Notes under the pieces: generated by a model
What the model saw: only the letters and a program-made list of their open reading frames with translations
Database searches by the model: none
What the model was told of the DNA's origin: nothing
NCBI GenBank assembly: GCA_034420695.1
Contig: DAOULB010000006.1
Coordinates: 2,615-66,614 of the forward strand
Direction of reading: 5' to 3'
Length of the DNA: 64,000 nt
Source of the DNA: Dehalococcoidia bacterium
Lineage (GTDB): Bacteria > Chloroflexota > Dehalococcoidia > Lucifugimonadales > UBA3495
Shown: positions 1-10,062 of the stretch, piece after piece
Layout of the letters: each line of letters starts with the position of its first letter
How positions within the stretch are numbered: the first letter of the stretch is position 1
Position numbers and translations under genes: made by a program

Positions 1-1
1 C

Positions 2-370
2 ATCGCCTCTTTGCCGCTGGACGTGTTCGTCCTGCGTGTGCCGGGCCTGGGGGACACTTGGCGTTTGGAAGACTTGGCTTCGGTGGCCATGGTAGGGCGC
101 CGGACTGACAAGTACGTCCTGGTGGAGGTCTCCAAGGCGCCCACGGCCAAGGACTTGGAAGCGCTGCGGAACGTGGGAGTGAATGGCTTGGTCGTCGACA
201 TGGCGGCAATGGGCGTGGAGGCTGCGGCAGAGCTGAAGACGGCCTGCTTGAACATGCCCCGCCCCCGGCCGGAGCGCCGGGGCGTAACACCCATCATCCC
301 GTCTTCCGTGTTCCCCTCGGGCTCGGGGCCGGCCCCGGAGCCCGAACCGGATGACGATGACGACGAGTGA
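2..370 (+). CDS. 3' part of a CDS entering from upstream of the window; hypothetical protein
   Basis: The frame is open from nt 2 and is the same frame as track ORF 11..370. It ends at TGA 368-370. The tail is Pro-rich then poly-Asp (PEPEPDDDDDE). No family recognised by eye. Confidence 0.4.
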   Translation: MASLPLDVFVLRVPGLGDTWRLEDLASVAMVGRRTDKYVLVEVSKAPTAKDLEALRNVGVNGLVVDMAAMGVEAAAELKTACLNMPRPRPERRGVTPIIPSSVFPSGSGPAPEPEPDDDDDE

Positions 371-474
371 GGAGTTGGCGGGTCCAAAAATCCTGTATGC
401 CTGTCTTCTCGCAGCGGGGCCTCGGCTGACGCAGGCCATTTGTTCCTGATGCTTCAGCGGGACACCGGACGGCG

Positions 475-1176
475 ATGCTGCTGAGTTCGTACCAGTTGCT
501 GTTTGACGACCCCGCAGGCTTCATCAGGCTTGCGGTGCTGGTGGTCGTCTCACTGGTGGTCGCAATCACCGTCCACGAGTTCAGCCACGCCGCAGTCGCC
601 ACCGGCTTGGGGGACCACACCGCCCGCCGCCTGGGAAGGCTCAGCCTCAATCCGAAAAGACACTTGGACCCCGCGGGCACTGCAATGATTCTGGTGGCCG
701 GCTTCGGCTGGGGCAAGCCGGTGCCGGTGAACCATAGGAATCTCCTACACGCCCACGCTGGCATGGGCTTGGTGGCTGCGGCTGGCCCCCTTTCCAACTT
801 GGCGGTGGCTTTCCTGCTGGCCCTGCCGGTGAAGATTGGCTTGCTGGACTGGAGCAGCCCGTCGTTGGGGCGGGTGGCTTATGGAACACCCGGGGGGATT
901 TTGCAGGGCGTGGCCGACATCGTCGGCCTGATGATACTGATGAACGTTCTGCTGGCGGTGTTCAACCTGATCCCTCTTTCGCCATTAGACGGCTCAAGGG
1001 TGCTGGGGGGCCTGTTGCCACGGCAGTGGGCCGAGCCCTATGCCCGTTTGGAGAGGCTGGGCCCGGTGGTGCTGATTGGAGTAATCGTCATTGACTACGT
1101 ATCAGGGTTGGGACTGCTGTGGAAGGTCATCGGGCCGCCGGTGGTGTTTCTAACCAAGCTGGCAATAGGGTATTAG
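475..1176 (+). CDS. site-2 protease family (peptidase M50) membrane metalloprotease
   Basis: HEFSH (HExxH) lies in a hydrophobic segment. The second M50 motif is FNLIPLSPLDGS. There are several predicted TM helices. Confidence 0.8.
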   Translation: MLLSSYQLLFDDPAGFIRLAVLVVVSLVVAITVHEFSHAAVATGLGDHTARRLGRLSLNPKRHLDPAGTAMILVAGFGWGKPVPVNHRNLLHAHAGMGLVAAAGPLSNLAVAFLLALPVKIGLLDWSSPSLGRVAYGTPGGILQGVADIVGLMILMNVLLAVFNLIPLSPLDGSRVLGGLLPRQWAEPYARLERLGPVVLIGVIVIDYVSGLGLLWKVIGPPVVFLTKLAIGY

Positions 1177-1188
1177 GGATGCCGGAAA

Positions 1189-1695
1189 TTGGAACAGGCC
1201 CGGTCTCCTGCAAACACCCCGTGGAGGACGAGCGGCCCTCTGATGGTTGAAGACGACCGCCTTGGGCAAGAACCGGAATACTTGGATGTGGTCCTTCCGG
1301 AAGAAGGTATCGTCGACCTGACCGACCAGCTCACCGGCTACATGACGGAAATTGAGCTTGGCGGTCTTCCCGACATTATCGGCCAGGTCTTGGACGATTT
1401 TCTGGATCAGTGCGGCAGCATGCCGGAGGACCTGAACGACGAAGCGGCATTCGAAACGATTACCCGCAACCAACTGTCGGTGACCCTTGCCTACCAACTG
1501 GGGCGGCTGGAAGGGCGTTCGCCCCAAGTGGTGCGGCTGATGATAGAGCAGGCGGTGAGGAAGTGGGGCGGGCGCCCGGTGGGTGAGTCGGACCAAATCT
1601 CTGGTCCGGACTTGGCCAACCCCAAGGAGCTGGTGTATCCCCGTCTGCGGCGGCTGCAGTACCCCGAGCAGATGGAGGAGGAACAGGACGGATGA
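1189..1695 (+). CDS. hypothetical acidic protein
   Basis: 168-aa ORF whose stop overlaps the next start (ATGA). No recognisable motif. The start is uncertain: TTG 1189 or ATG 1243 (MVEDDR). Confidence 0.5.
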   Translation: MEQARSPANTPWRTSGPLMVEDDRLGQEPEYLDVVLPEEGIVDLTDQLTGYMTEIELGGLPDIIGQVLDDFLDQCGSMPEDLNDEAAFETITRNQLSVTLAYQLGRLEGRSPQVVRLMIEQAVRKWGGRPVGESDQISGPDLANPKELVYPRLRRLQYPEQMEEEQDG

Positions 1696-2873
1696 CTGTT
1701 TCGACAGAGACCTACGACTTGTTGCTGGCCGGAGGCACGCTGTTGGACCCGGCCCAGGGAATCCACTCCAGGCAGGACGTGGCCTTCAAGGACGGCTTGG
1801 TAGCAGATGTCTCCCCCAGCATCGACTCGGCCAAGGCGGCGGCAGTGGTTGACGTTGCCGGAAAGCTGGTCACACCGGGGCTCATCGACCTGCACGGCCA
1901 CTTCTACCACGGGGGCAACGGCAGTTCGGTGCATGCCGACCAAGCCTGCCTGTCCTCTGGAACCACCACCGGGGTGGATGCGGGCAGCGCCGGTTTCCTG
2001 AACTATTCCGCCATGCGAGACTACGTATTTCCCGCCCACCGCACCCGTCTGCTGGCGTTCCTGCACATAGGCGCCGGAGGTCTGACGCTGAACCGGGTAC
2101 TGGGGGGCGGGTTGCACGACCTGCGGGTAATCGATGTTGACCAGACCGCTGACGCCATAAAGGCCAACCCCGGTCTGCTGTTCGGCGTCAAGGTGAGGAT
2201 GCACGTGAATGCCGTGGCGGCTTGGGACGCCCACGAGGCCATGAAGAAAGCCCGCGCCGCGGCGGACCAGGCCAACGCCAAGCTGATGGTCCACGTCAGC
2301 GGCACCCCCATTCCATTACCGGACATCCTGGAGTTCTTGGGACCTGGGGACATCTGCACCCACGCTTACAACGGCAACCACGAATCCATTCTGGACGCTA
2401 ACAGCAAGGTGAGGTCCCAAGTCAGGGCGGCGGCGGATCGGGGAGTCGTTATGGACGTGGCCCACGCCGGGGTCCACTGCGACGTTCAGGTAGTGAAGGC
2501 AGCCTTGGAACAGGGCCTTCCACCCACCACCATCAGCACGGATATCCACATAGCTCCCCCGGAACGCACCGTTTATTTGATGAACGACCTGATGAGCCAG
2601 TTCCATGCCTTGGGCATGTCGCTGGAAGAAACGGTGTCAGCCAGCACTGCCAAACCTGCCGAGGTATTGGGGCTGCAGGAAAACATAGGCTCGCTCCGGC
2701 CGGGCATGTCCGGCGATGCCGCTGTGTTCGACATGAGAGAGGGCAGGTTTGTGTGGCACGACATGGCCCGCAACAACGTAGAGGGCAAGGTGCGCTTTGA
2801 CACCTACCTCACGGTGAGGGACGGCCAAGTGGTCTGGAGAGAAGGTCGTCTGTTGCAGATGGGAGAATGCTGA
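1692..2873 (+). CDS. amidohydrolase/deacetylase-family metallohydrolase (dihydroorotase-like)
   Basis: The N-terminus YDLLLAGGTLLDP...GKLVTPGLIDLHGHFYHGG carries the HxH metal site. It also has GTTTGVDAGSAG, which is typical of the amidohydrolase superfamily. Confidence 0.75.
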   Translation: MTVSTETYDLLLAGGTLLDPAQGIHSRQDVAFKDGLVADVSPSIDSAKAAAVVDVAGKLVTPGLIDLHGHFYHGGNGSSVHADQACLSSGTTTGVDAGSAGFLNYSAMRDYVFPAHRTRLLAFLHIGAGGLTLNRVLGGGLHDLRVIDVDQTADAIKANPGLLFGVKVRMHVNAVAAWDAHEAMKKARAAADQANAKLMVHVSGTPIPLPDILEFLGPGDICTHAYNGNHESILDANSKVRSQVRAAADRGVVMDVAHAGVHCDVQVVKAALEQGLPPTTISTDIHIAPPERTVYLMNDLMSQFHALGMSLEETVSASTAKPAEVLGLQENIGSLRPGMSGDAAVFDMREGRFVWHDMARNNVEGKVRFDTYLTVRDGQVVWREGRLLQMGEC

Positions 2874-3308
2874 GGCAGGCAGGGAACCGCTGCGGTCACC
2901 TGTGCCGCCGGTTCCCCGTTTAGCAGGAACCGGAACTCCCTCGGCTTCCCGACGGGGAACAGACCCCTGTCCGCAGCCACCATCGTCATGGGCGCCACCA
3001 ATTAGGGATATAGCTTGCCTCGGGGCGATCCTTCCAGCTTCAATCCCACTGAAACTTGGTTCCCGTCCACGGCGAGGGCCACCACCGATGGCGGGTGGCC
3101 TTGCGGGGGCCGCCACAAGCAGCAGGCCGCCAGCAGGATGGAACGCAGGATGGACACGGGATAAGTCAACCCGTCCCAGGCTTGTGGACGCGCCCTTGGC
3201 CCGCCGCCGTAGAAGTCCAAGTCCAAGTGAAGACCCCCTGTCCAACACTGGCCGTGGGCCGCACTCCCAGCCCTTGTAAATCACCAGAGGGAATGTCAAA
3301 CTGAAAAA

Positions 3309-4205
3309 ATGCGCTTGGGAGATTTCGAAGTCACTGAGCCGCTTCCTGAACTCAAGAACCCCCATGTGCTGGCGGTGCTGAAGCCCTGGATTGACGTTGG
3401 CAGCGTGGGGAGTCTTGGTCTGGCCAGGATAGAGAGGCACCTGAGGGCCGTGGAGTTGGGCCGGCTGGCGCGTCCCGGCCGCTTCTACGATTTCACCCGC
3501 TACCGCCCCAGGACCTTCCGTAACCGGGGTGTGCGTGAATATTCCATTCCGAACACTATCGTGCGTTATGGGATCCGTGAAGAAGGTCCCGACTTGGTGC
3601 TCTTGCACCTGATGGAGCCCCACTGTTACGGCGAGGAATACATCGAGTCGGTGCTGGAGGTCCTGAAGACACTGAATGTGGCCAGGTACTCTTTGGTGGG
3701 CGGAATGTACGACATGGTGCCCCATACCCGGCCCCTGCTGGTGACCGGAGGAACCCAGAATCCGGACAACCAGGAAGAGTACCGGATGGTCCGCGCCAAG
3801 CCCAGCAATTACGAGGGCCCCACCTCCATCACCTACTTGATTACACAGGAAGCGGAGAAGTTGGGGATAGACACACGCACCTACGTGGTGCACCTGCCGC
3901 AATACTTTCAGGTGGAAGAGGACTTCACCGGGGTCGCACGGCTGATGGAGATTCTGTGCCAGCTTTATCATCTTCCCAGCCGGTTGATGGACCGGCAGAG
4001 GGGCACACAGCAGTACGAGGCCCTGCAGGACATTGTCAAGGATACAACCGAAGTCTCTTCGCTCCTGAACCGGCTGGAAGAAAGGTACGACAGGGAGCAG
4101 ATGGAAGAAGGCGAAGAAGGAGCCTCTCCCATGCCTTTATCCCCGGATATAGAATCTTTCCTCAGGGAGTTGAACGAAGGAGCAGGAACCGAGGACGACT
4201 GCTAG
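3309..4205 (+). CDS. PAC2 (proteasome assembly chaperone 2-like) family protein
   Basis: The N-terminus LPELKNPHVLAVLKPWIDVGSVGSLGL matches my memory of PAC2-family proteins. The tail is acidic. Confidence 0.6.
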   Translation: MRLGDFEVTEPLPELKNPHVLAVLKPWIDVGSVGSLGLARIERHLRAVELGRLARPGRFYDFTRYRPRTFRNRGVREYSIPNTIVRYGIREEGPDLVLLHLMEPHCYGEEYIESVLEVLKTLNVARYSLVGGMYDMVPHTRPLLVTGGTQNPDNQEEYRMVRAKPSNYEGPTSITYLITQEAEKLGIDTRTYVVHLPQYFQVEEDFTGVARLMEILCQLYHLPSRLMDRQRGTQQYEALQDIVKDTTEVSSLLNRLEERYDREQMEEGEEGASPMPLSPDIESFLRELNEGAGTEDDC

Positions 4206-4210
4206 CCGGA

Positions 4211-4239
4211 TTGACCCGCTGGGAGCCTTGTGATAGAGT
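4211..4239 (+). promoter_or_regulatory. sigma70-type promoter candidate for infC-rpmI-rplT
   Basis: TTGACC-17 nt-TAGAGT with TGA immediately upstream of the -10 (extended -10 TGn). It lies about 55 nt upstream of the infC start. Confidence 0.45.
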
Positions 4240-4293
4240 ATCAAGACTTATTCACGCCTGAAAACCCCTTATTTTTGGCGGAGGTGGCATAGT

Positions 4294-4857
4294 ATAGCTA
4301 GGCAGTATCGGGTAAACGAGCGGATTAACTCTCCCCAAGTTCGAGTTATTGGCGAAAATGGAGAGCAGCTTGGCGTAATGACGGTCGCTGATGCTCTTCG
4401 CGCCGCGAGAGCCGCCGACGTGGACCTGGTAGAGGTGGCGCCGAACTCCGACCCTCCGGTGTGCCGCCTGCTTGACTATGGAAAGCTTCGGTACCTCTCT
4501 TCCAAGAAGGATAGGGAGTCCAAGAAAGGGCAGAAGAGCACGGAACTGCGGGAGGTCCGCTTCAGGCCTAACATAGGGGCCCACGACTTGGACGCCAAGA
4601 CTCGCAAGGTTAAGGAACTGATTGAGGACGGCGCCAAGGTTAAGCTGACCGTACGGTTCCGCGGCCGTGAAGCCACCCACCAGCAGATAGGGTTGTCGGT
4701 GCTCAAGCGGGTTGCCGACGACCTGAAGGAAATTGTGCGTTTGGAGAAGCCTCCAGCAATGGAAGGAAGGGCCCTTTCCATGATTCTGATCCCCAGCGGG
4801 CAGAAGGTGGAACGGACCGATAAACAGGTAGAAGAACTGACCGATGCCAAAGCTTAA
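4294..4857 (+). CDS. infC: translation initiation factor IF-3, non-AUG (ATA) start
   Basis: Track ORF 4378..4857 begins mid-protein. The same frame is open upstream and encodes (I)ARQYRVNERINSPQVRVIGENGEQLGV, the conserved IF-3 N-domain. GGAGGTG at 4280-4286 lies 7 nt before ATA 4294. The exact start is inferred. Confidence 0.85.
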   Translation: MARQYRVNERINSPQVRVIGENGEQLGVMTVADALRAARAADVDLVEVAPNSDPPVCRLLDYGKLRYLSSKKDRESKKGQKSTELREVRFRPNIGAHDLDAKTRKVKELIEDGAKVKLTVRFRGREATHQQIGLSVLKRVADDLKEIVRLEKPPAMEGRALSMILIPSGQKVERTDKQVEELTDAKA

Positions 4858-5041
4858 GACCCACAAGGGCGCTAAGGCCCGAATACACGTCACCGGTTCG
4901 GGTAAGTTGATGCGCCGCAAACGTATGAGTAGCCACCTCAGGCGCAAAAAGCCCACTAAAGTGACCCGCAAGTATTCAGACAAATTGACAGTGGACCCAA
5001 AGGACGTCCGTCGGCTGAGCCGCCTTCTTCCTTACGGTTAG
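4844..5041 (+). CDS. rpmI: 50S ribosomal protein L35
   Basis: [21 protein letters not shown]... is the classic L35 sequence. It overlaps the infC end. Confidence 0.95.
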   Translation: MPKLKTHKGAKARIHVTGSGKLMRRKRMSSHLRRKKPTKVTRKYSDKLTVDPKDVRRLSRLLPYG

Positions 5042-5109
5042 AACCCGGTCCTGCGGTTAGAACGCAGGCGATTCCAGCAATCTTCTTTTTCGCACCAGGG
5101 AGTCTTGTT

Positions 5110-5469
5110 TTGCCCAGAGTAAAGAGGGGCGTTACCAAACATCGCCGCCACAAGAAAGTCCTGCTGGCAGCCAGGGGATTCCAGGGTTCTTCCCACCGCA
5201 ATTACAAGTGGGCTAAAGAAGCCTTGATGCATGCTTGGAGCCACGCCTATCGTCACCGCAAACAGCGCAAGGGCGATTTCAGAAGGCTGTGGATAATCCG
5301 TATTGGGGCTGCCTGCCGGGAAGCCGGGACCACCTACAGCCAGTTCATCCACGGTCTGAAGCTGGCCGGAGTGGAGCTTGACCGGAAGATCTTGGCGGAT
5401 ATGGCAGTTAACGACCCGCCCGCTTTCAAGAAACTCACTGAGCTGGCCGCTACCCAGACTTCTTCTTAA
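5110..5469 (+). CDS. rplT: 50S ribosomal protein L20
   Basis: [18 protein letters not shown]...[18 protein letters not shown] is the classic L20 sequence. TTG start. Confidence 0.95.
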   Translation: MPRVKRGVTKHRRHKKVLLAARGFQGSSHRNYKWAKEALMHAWSHAYRHRKQRKGDFRRLWIIRIGAACREAGTTYSQFIHGLKLAGVELDRKILADMAVNDPPAFKKLTELAATQTSS

Positions 5470-5471
5470 CG

Positions 5472-5490
5472 GGAAACCCTTCGGTTTTCC
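5472..5490 (+). terminator. weak hairpin after rplT, between convergent genes
   Basis: GGAAACC-cttc-GGTTTTCC followed by TTCC. The U-tract is short, so this is only a candidate. Confidence 0.3.
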
Positions 5491-5556
5491 TTCCCGCCAA
5501 CTTGCGTTGTCCGCAGGACGCGCCGGGGATGGTGCGGGGACAGGGATCGCGCCGAG

Positions 5557-6078
5557 CTATTCCCTGGCGAAGCCGTAGTAGGTGTCGCTCTCCATAATCT
5601 TCTGCAGGCCTGTTTCGGTGACTGTTATAGGGCGCACCGGGGTTGCCCAACGGTCGGTGATTTCGTGGTGCAGTTCCAGCAGGCTGATGGGTTCGTTCTT
5701 CCGTGACAGCAAGATTCGAAAAACCATCTCCATCACGGGCATGTCGGTGCGGATAAAGTCCTCGTCGTCCTGGTAGTGCTGGGCAATCTCGTTGATGAGC
5801 GCCTGGGGATCAGCGAGTTCGGAATCCGGCCGTGACAGGGAAGGGCAGCTTGGTACCCGCCGGGAGGCGATCAGAACCACCGGTGAGCGCCGCAATTCTT
5901 CCAGCCGCTGCAGGCTGATGTAATACTTGGGCGGTTCCTCTCCTTCAGGTTCCTGCACTACTTCCGCAGCAGGCTCTGGAGCGTCCTCCAATTCTTCAAC
6001 TGTTTCTTCCGTGGCGTCCTCTTCTGCTTGTTCAGTCACCGCTGCGGAGAAATCGTCCTCGCGCTCCGGGGTGGTCAT
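5557..6078 (-). CDS. hypothetical protein with strongly acidic N-terminal third
   Basis: 173-aa ORF. Its start overlaps the moeA stop by 4 nt. No motif recognised. Confidence 0.55.
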   Translation of the reverse strand: MTTPEREDDFSAAVTEQAEEDATEETVEELEDAPEPAAEVVQEPEGEEPPKYYISLQRLEELRRSPVVLIASRRVPSCPSLSRPDSELADPQALINEIAQHYQDDEDFIRTDMPVMEMVFRILLSRKNEPISLLELHHEITDRWATPVRPITVTETGLQKIMESDTYYGFARE

Positions 6079-7451
6079 ATATCAACCTCTTCGTTCCAGT
6101 CCAGCATGATGATTTGCACCGTTTGACCCTTCTCTTTGCCGGGAAGGTCCTCCGGGCAAATGGCAAGTCCATTGGCTCGAGACATAGATGTCAAGACGTT
6201 CGATCCTTGGGGCCCGGTTGGAGTGGCGTAGTACACCCCGTCCTGCCGGGCAACTTCAACCCTGGCGTACACCCTCCTGCCGTCGTAGTTGTGAATGGGG
6301 CCGGTCAACACGCCCTGCACTGATGGGCGGCCCAACCGCTTTAGGCCCATCATACGGCGAATGGCCGGGCGGGCGAACATTTCAAAGGCAACCATGGCGC
6401 TCACCGGGTTGCCGGGCAGTCCCAACAGGGGTGTTACCTTCCCCCCTGAATCGTTGAGGTGGCCAAATGCCAGCGGTTTCGCGGGACGCATCCTCACCGA
6501 CCAGAAGTTCATCTCCCCCCGCTGGGTCAGCACGTCTTTGACTATGTCGTAATCCCCCTTGGAAACACCCGCCGATGTGATTACGAAATCGGAACCGTCG
6601 GCCTCGTACAGCTTCCCGTGGAGGTCTTCGAGATTGTCGCGGGCCACGCCCAGCAGCCGGGGAATGCCTCCCGAGGCAACCACAGAGGCGGCGATGCTGA
6701 AGCTGTTGCTGTCGTAGATTTTCCCCGGGGCCAGATGCTCGGCAACTGAAAGCAACTCGTCGCCGGTAGCCAGGATGGAGACCACCGGCCGGCGCACCAC
6801 GCTGACTTTCTCCAGCCCCAGGGAGGCCATCACACCCACCTCGGCGGCCCGAACCAAGGTGCCGGACTCCAGGACCAGTTCGCCCCGTTGCACGTCCTCG
6901 CCGGCAGGCCTGACGTTGCTGCCCAGCGGCAGATTGGCCAGGATGGCAATCTGGTCCAGGCTCTGGCCGGAGCGGCGGCGCTTGACTTCATCGGTCTGCT
7001 CGAAGGGTACGACGGTGTCGGCGCCTGCAGGAATGGGAGCGCCGGTCATTATCCTGATGCCCGTCCCGCTGATGACCTGCTGGGTCGAAACCTGCCCGGC
7101 GGCAACCAGCCCGATGACCGAAAGCTGAACCGGAGAGTCTTCTCCGGCTCCCTCAATGTCCCGGGACAGCACAGCATAGCCGTCCATTGCCGAATTGGCC
7201 AAGGGCGGCAAGTCTAAGGGAGAGTAGACTTCCTGGGCAAGGGCTTGACCCAAGGCTTGCACCAAGGACTTTTCCTCCACCTCCAAGGGAGAGAAACAGG
7301 ACAGCACCCGCTCGTAGGCGTCTTCCACGCTGAGCATGTCTTCATCAACGTGGGTGTGAATATGCTCCGGGGCTGGTTGCCGGCCATGATCATGATGACG
7401 ATGGCCTCTATGTCCCTCTTGATGCCCGTGGCCGTGTTCTCTGTTTTGCAC
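6075..7451 (-). CDS. moeA: molybdopterin molybdenumtransferase MoeA with His-rich N-terminal extension
   Basis: LSVEDAYERVL, NSAMDGYAV, TGAPIPAGADTVV, ILATGDEL, KIYDSNS, TSAGVSKGDYD and GLPGNPVSA are all MoeA hallmarks. Confidence 0.9.
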   Translation of the reverse strand: MQNREHGHGHQEGHRGHRHHDHGRQPAPEHIHTHVDEDMLSVEDAYERVLSCFSPLEVEEKSLVQALGQALAQEVYSPLDLPPLANSAMDGYAVLSRDIEGAGEDSPVQLSVIGLVAAGQVSTQQVISGTGIRIMTGAPIPAGADTVVPFEQTDEVKRRRSGQSLDQIAILANLPLGSNVRPAGEDVQRGELVLESGTLVRAAEVGVMASLGLEKVSVVRRPVVSILATGDELLSVAEHLAPGKIYDSNSFSIAASVVASGGIPRLLGVARDNLEDLHGKLYEADGSDFVITSAGVSKGDYDIVKDVLTQRGEMNFWSVRMRPAKPLAFGHLNDSGGKVTPLLGLPGNPVSAMVAFEMFARPAIRRMMGLKRLGRPSVQGVLTGPIHNYDGRRVYARVEVARQDGVYYATPTGPQGSNVLTSMSRANGLAICPEDLPGKEKGQTVQIIMLDWNEEVDI

Positions 7452-7539
7452 TGACTACTCCCGACAGTGGGCTGATTTGGCAGGGACCGGTATACGGTTT
7501 GAGGCCAAGGTCTCGACGGGAATATTCGCTTGGAACAAG

Positions 7540-9954
7540 TTAACTCCTCAGGGATGCCCCGACTTGCCGCTCCAAGGCTTTGACCAGTCCCTCCAGGGAG
7601 CGGCTGACCTCCTGGGCAGTCAAAGTCCTGTCGTGGGACTGGAAGTCTACGTGAAAGGCCAAGGACTTCGTTCCCTTGGCCACGTTTTCCCCGGTGTAAA
7701 TGTCGAACAGGTCAACCCGCTGCACCAAACGGTGCCCGGAGATGATTTCCTGCACCCGGCCCGCCGGCACGTCTTCCGGGACCACCAAGGCCAAGTCCCG
7801 GTTTGCGGCAGGGTAACGGGAAAGGCTTTTGAAATTGCGCTGGTTTTCAGGCAGGGACTGGGAAATTTCGCTCAGCCGCAGCTCTACAAAGGACACAACG
7901 GGCGTCTTCAGGTCAAAGGCCTCTTTAATGCTGGGGTGTACGTCGCCCATCACCCCCAACTGCTTTCCGTGGGCCAGGACTGCAGCGCATCGCCCCGGTT
8001 GGAAGAACGGGTCTTCTGCAGGCTCGAATAACGGTTCAATCCCCAGCTTTCCCAACACCGATGAAACCATTCCCTTGGCGTCGAAGAATCCCAGGAGTTC
8101 GTCGTCGGCCAGCCATGAATAGTCCCAGCGGCGGCCGGCCAGCAGGGCGCAGAGCATCTCCCGCTCCTCGGGAAGGTCATCCTTGCGTGGGAGAAAGGCC
8201 CGGCCCACCTCGAACAAGCGGAAGGGTCCGCCGCCTCTGCCCTCGTCCCGGTCTTCATTTGAACCCAGGGTAGCCAACATGCTGGCCCGCAGGGTGGGTC
8301 TGAGAAATCCTTGCTCGGCGTTCATGGGGTTGGCGACCCTCAAAAGGGGAAGCCCGTCCTGCCGGTGCCCCACCCTTTCCAGCTCCTGCTGGCCCACCAA
8401 GGGATAGCTGATTACTTCCTGCATGCCGGCGGCGGCCATGGCGTCCTTAACCCGGGGCGCCAGCCCGGTCATGGGAGTAGTGTTGCGGTAGGGTATGGGG
8501 GCCGACAACATGGTGGTGGGGACGCTGTCATAGCCGATGGTACGCACCACCTCTTCGATCAAGTCTTCCTCTATGGAAATGTCGTTTCGCCAGTAGGGTA
8601 CGGTTGCCTCCAAGGTGTCGGGTCCCAGTTCCTCGGTGGCGAACCCCAGGGAATTCAGAACTCCTTTCACGGTCGCCAGGTCCAGTTCCATCCCGAGAAC
8701 CTGCTTCAACCGCTCCAGGGTTAATCGGACCTTGGGATAGGGTTCGCCGCGACCGGGATAGATATCGATGATACCCTGGGCTATTTCACCCCCGGCCAAC
8801 TCCTGGATGAGCTGTGTGGCGCGCCTCAGGGCAATAGGGGCCAGTTCCGGGCGAAGCCCCTTTTCGAACCTCTGGCTGGCGTCAGTGCGGAGCCTGTAGG
8901 TCTCGGCGGTCCGCCGGTTATTCTGGCTGTCGAAGGTAGCGGACTCCAGCAAGACCCTTGCAGTGTCCGGGCTTATTTCGCTGTTGCCCCCGCCTATGAC
9001 GCCTCCCATTCCAACCGGGTCCCGGGAGTCGGCTATGACTACTACCTCGGGACTCAGTTCCCGGTCCACCCCGTCCAGGGCCTGCAGGGTTTCTCCGGGC
9101 TTGGCCCTTCGCACGATGATGGTTTGGTCCCTCACCCGGTCCAAGTCGAAGGCGTGGAGGGGCTGGTTGAATTCCAGCATCACGAAGTTGGTGGCGTCCA
9201 CCACATTGTTTATGGGACGCAACCCTGCCTTTGAAAGCCTGTCCTGCAGCCATTGGGGAGAATCCTTGACGGTCAGCCCCTGGATGACGCTGCAGGTGTA
9301 TCGAGGCACCAAGTCAGGGTCGGCCACCGATACATTGGCCAACTCGTTCACCGGCGGGCCCTCTTCAGCATAGGAAACCTCCGGCTCCCGTACCGGCTTG
9401 CCGGTAATGGCGCCAACTTCGTGGGCCACACCCAGAATGGACAGGCAGTCCACCCGGTTGGGGGTGATTTCCAGTTCGATGATCGAGTCACCCAAGTAGC
9501 CGTCCAAGGCGGCGCCCACGGGGGCGTCTTCCGGCAGGACCACTATGCCCTCGTGGCCCTCTCCCAAGCCCAGTTCCAGCTCGGAGCAAATCATTCCTTC
9601 CGACACGACCCCGCGAATCCGGGCCGGTTTCAGGCTCTCGTGCTTGCCGCTATGGGTGTTGTAGAGAAAGGCCCCAACCTTGGCGAAGCATATTTTTTGG
9701 CCCGCTGCCACGTTGGGCGCGCCGCATACGACCCGAGCTTGTTCGGCCCCGATGTCCACCAGGCACAGGGACAACCGGTCGGCGTTGGGGTGTGGCTCCA
9801 CGGCCAGCACCGCGCCCACAAAGCATTCGGTCCACCCACCGTGTTGGATGACGTTTCCGGCCTCCACCCCGGCCATGGTCAGCCGGTGGGCTAACTCCTC
9901 TGGGGAGAGGTCAACGTCAACGTAATCTTTCAGCCAGCTAAGGGGGACCCGCAT
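7540..9954 (-). CDS. pheT: phenylalanine--tRNA ligase beta subunit
   Basis: MRVPLSWLKDYVDV N-terminus, 804 aa, tRNA-binding, B3/4 and FDX-ACB-like regions. Confidence 0.95.
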   Translation of the reverse strand: MRVPLSWLKDYVDVDLSPEELAHRLTMAGVEAGNVIQHGGWTECFVGAVLAVEPHPNADRLSLCLVDIGAEQARVVCGAPNVAAGQKICFAKVGAFLYNTHSGKHESLKPARIRGVVSEGMICSELELGLGEGHEGIVVLPEDAPVGAALDGYLGDSIIELEITPNRVDCLSILGVAHEVGAITGKPVREPEVSYAEEGPPVNELANVSVADPDLVPRYTCSVIQGLTVKDSPQWLQDRLSKAGLRPINNVVDATNFVMLEFNQPLHAFDLDRVRDQTIIVRRAKPGETLQALDGVDRELSPEVVVIADSRDPVGMGGVIGGGNSEISPDTARVLLESATFDSQNNRRTAETYRLRTDASQRFEKGLRPELAPIALRRATQLIQELAGGEIAQGIIDIYPGRGEPYPKVRLTLERLKQVLGMELDLATVKGVLNSLGFATEELGPDTLEATVPYWRNDISIEEDLIEEVVRTIGYDSVPTTMLSAPIPYRNTTPMTGLAPRVKDAMAAAGMQEVISYPLVGQQELERVGHRQDGLPLLRVANPMNAEQGFLRPTLRASMLATLGSNEDRDEGRGGGPFRLFEVGRAFLPRKDDLPEEREMLCALLAGRRWDYSWLADDELLGFFDAKGMVSSVLGKLGIEPLFEPAEDPFFQPGRCAAVLAHGKQLGVMGDVHPSIKEAFDLKTPVVSFVELRLSEISQSLPENQRNFKSLSRYPAANRDLALVVPEDVPAGRVQEIISGHRLVQRVDLFDIYTGENVAKGTKSLAFHVDFQSHDRTLTAQEVSRSLEGLVKALERQVGASLRS

Positions 9955-10062
9955 TCACTTATTTCTATTTGGATATCGTCCGGGAGGACTCTGCATCCGT
10001 TGCTCTTTCTTTATCCAAACGCCCCAGTTTCAACTTCCGGGAAGGAGAGCCTATTGCCTAGC

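Noticed and set aside
3002-3226. 74-aa ORF with a lipobox-like ILLAAC segment (possible tiny lipoprotein)
   Set aside because: The hydrophobic and RPPQG segments coincide with a degenerate GC-rich REP-like palindrome that generates this kind of peptide. There is no SD, and the Cys lies too close to any possible start.
2637-3971. 444-aa minus-strand ORF spanning the 2874-3308 spacer
   Set aside because: It is antisense to both the amidohydrolase and PAC2 genes. It crosses a REP-like element and has no recognisable domain.
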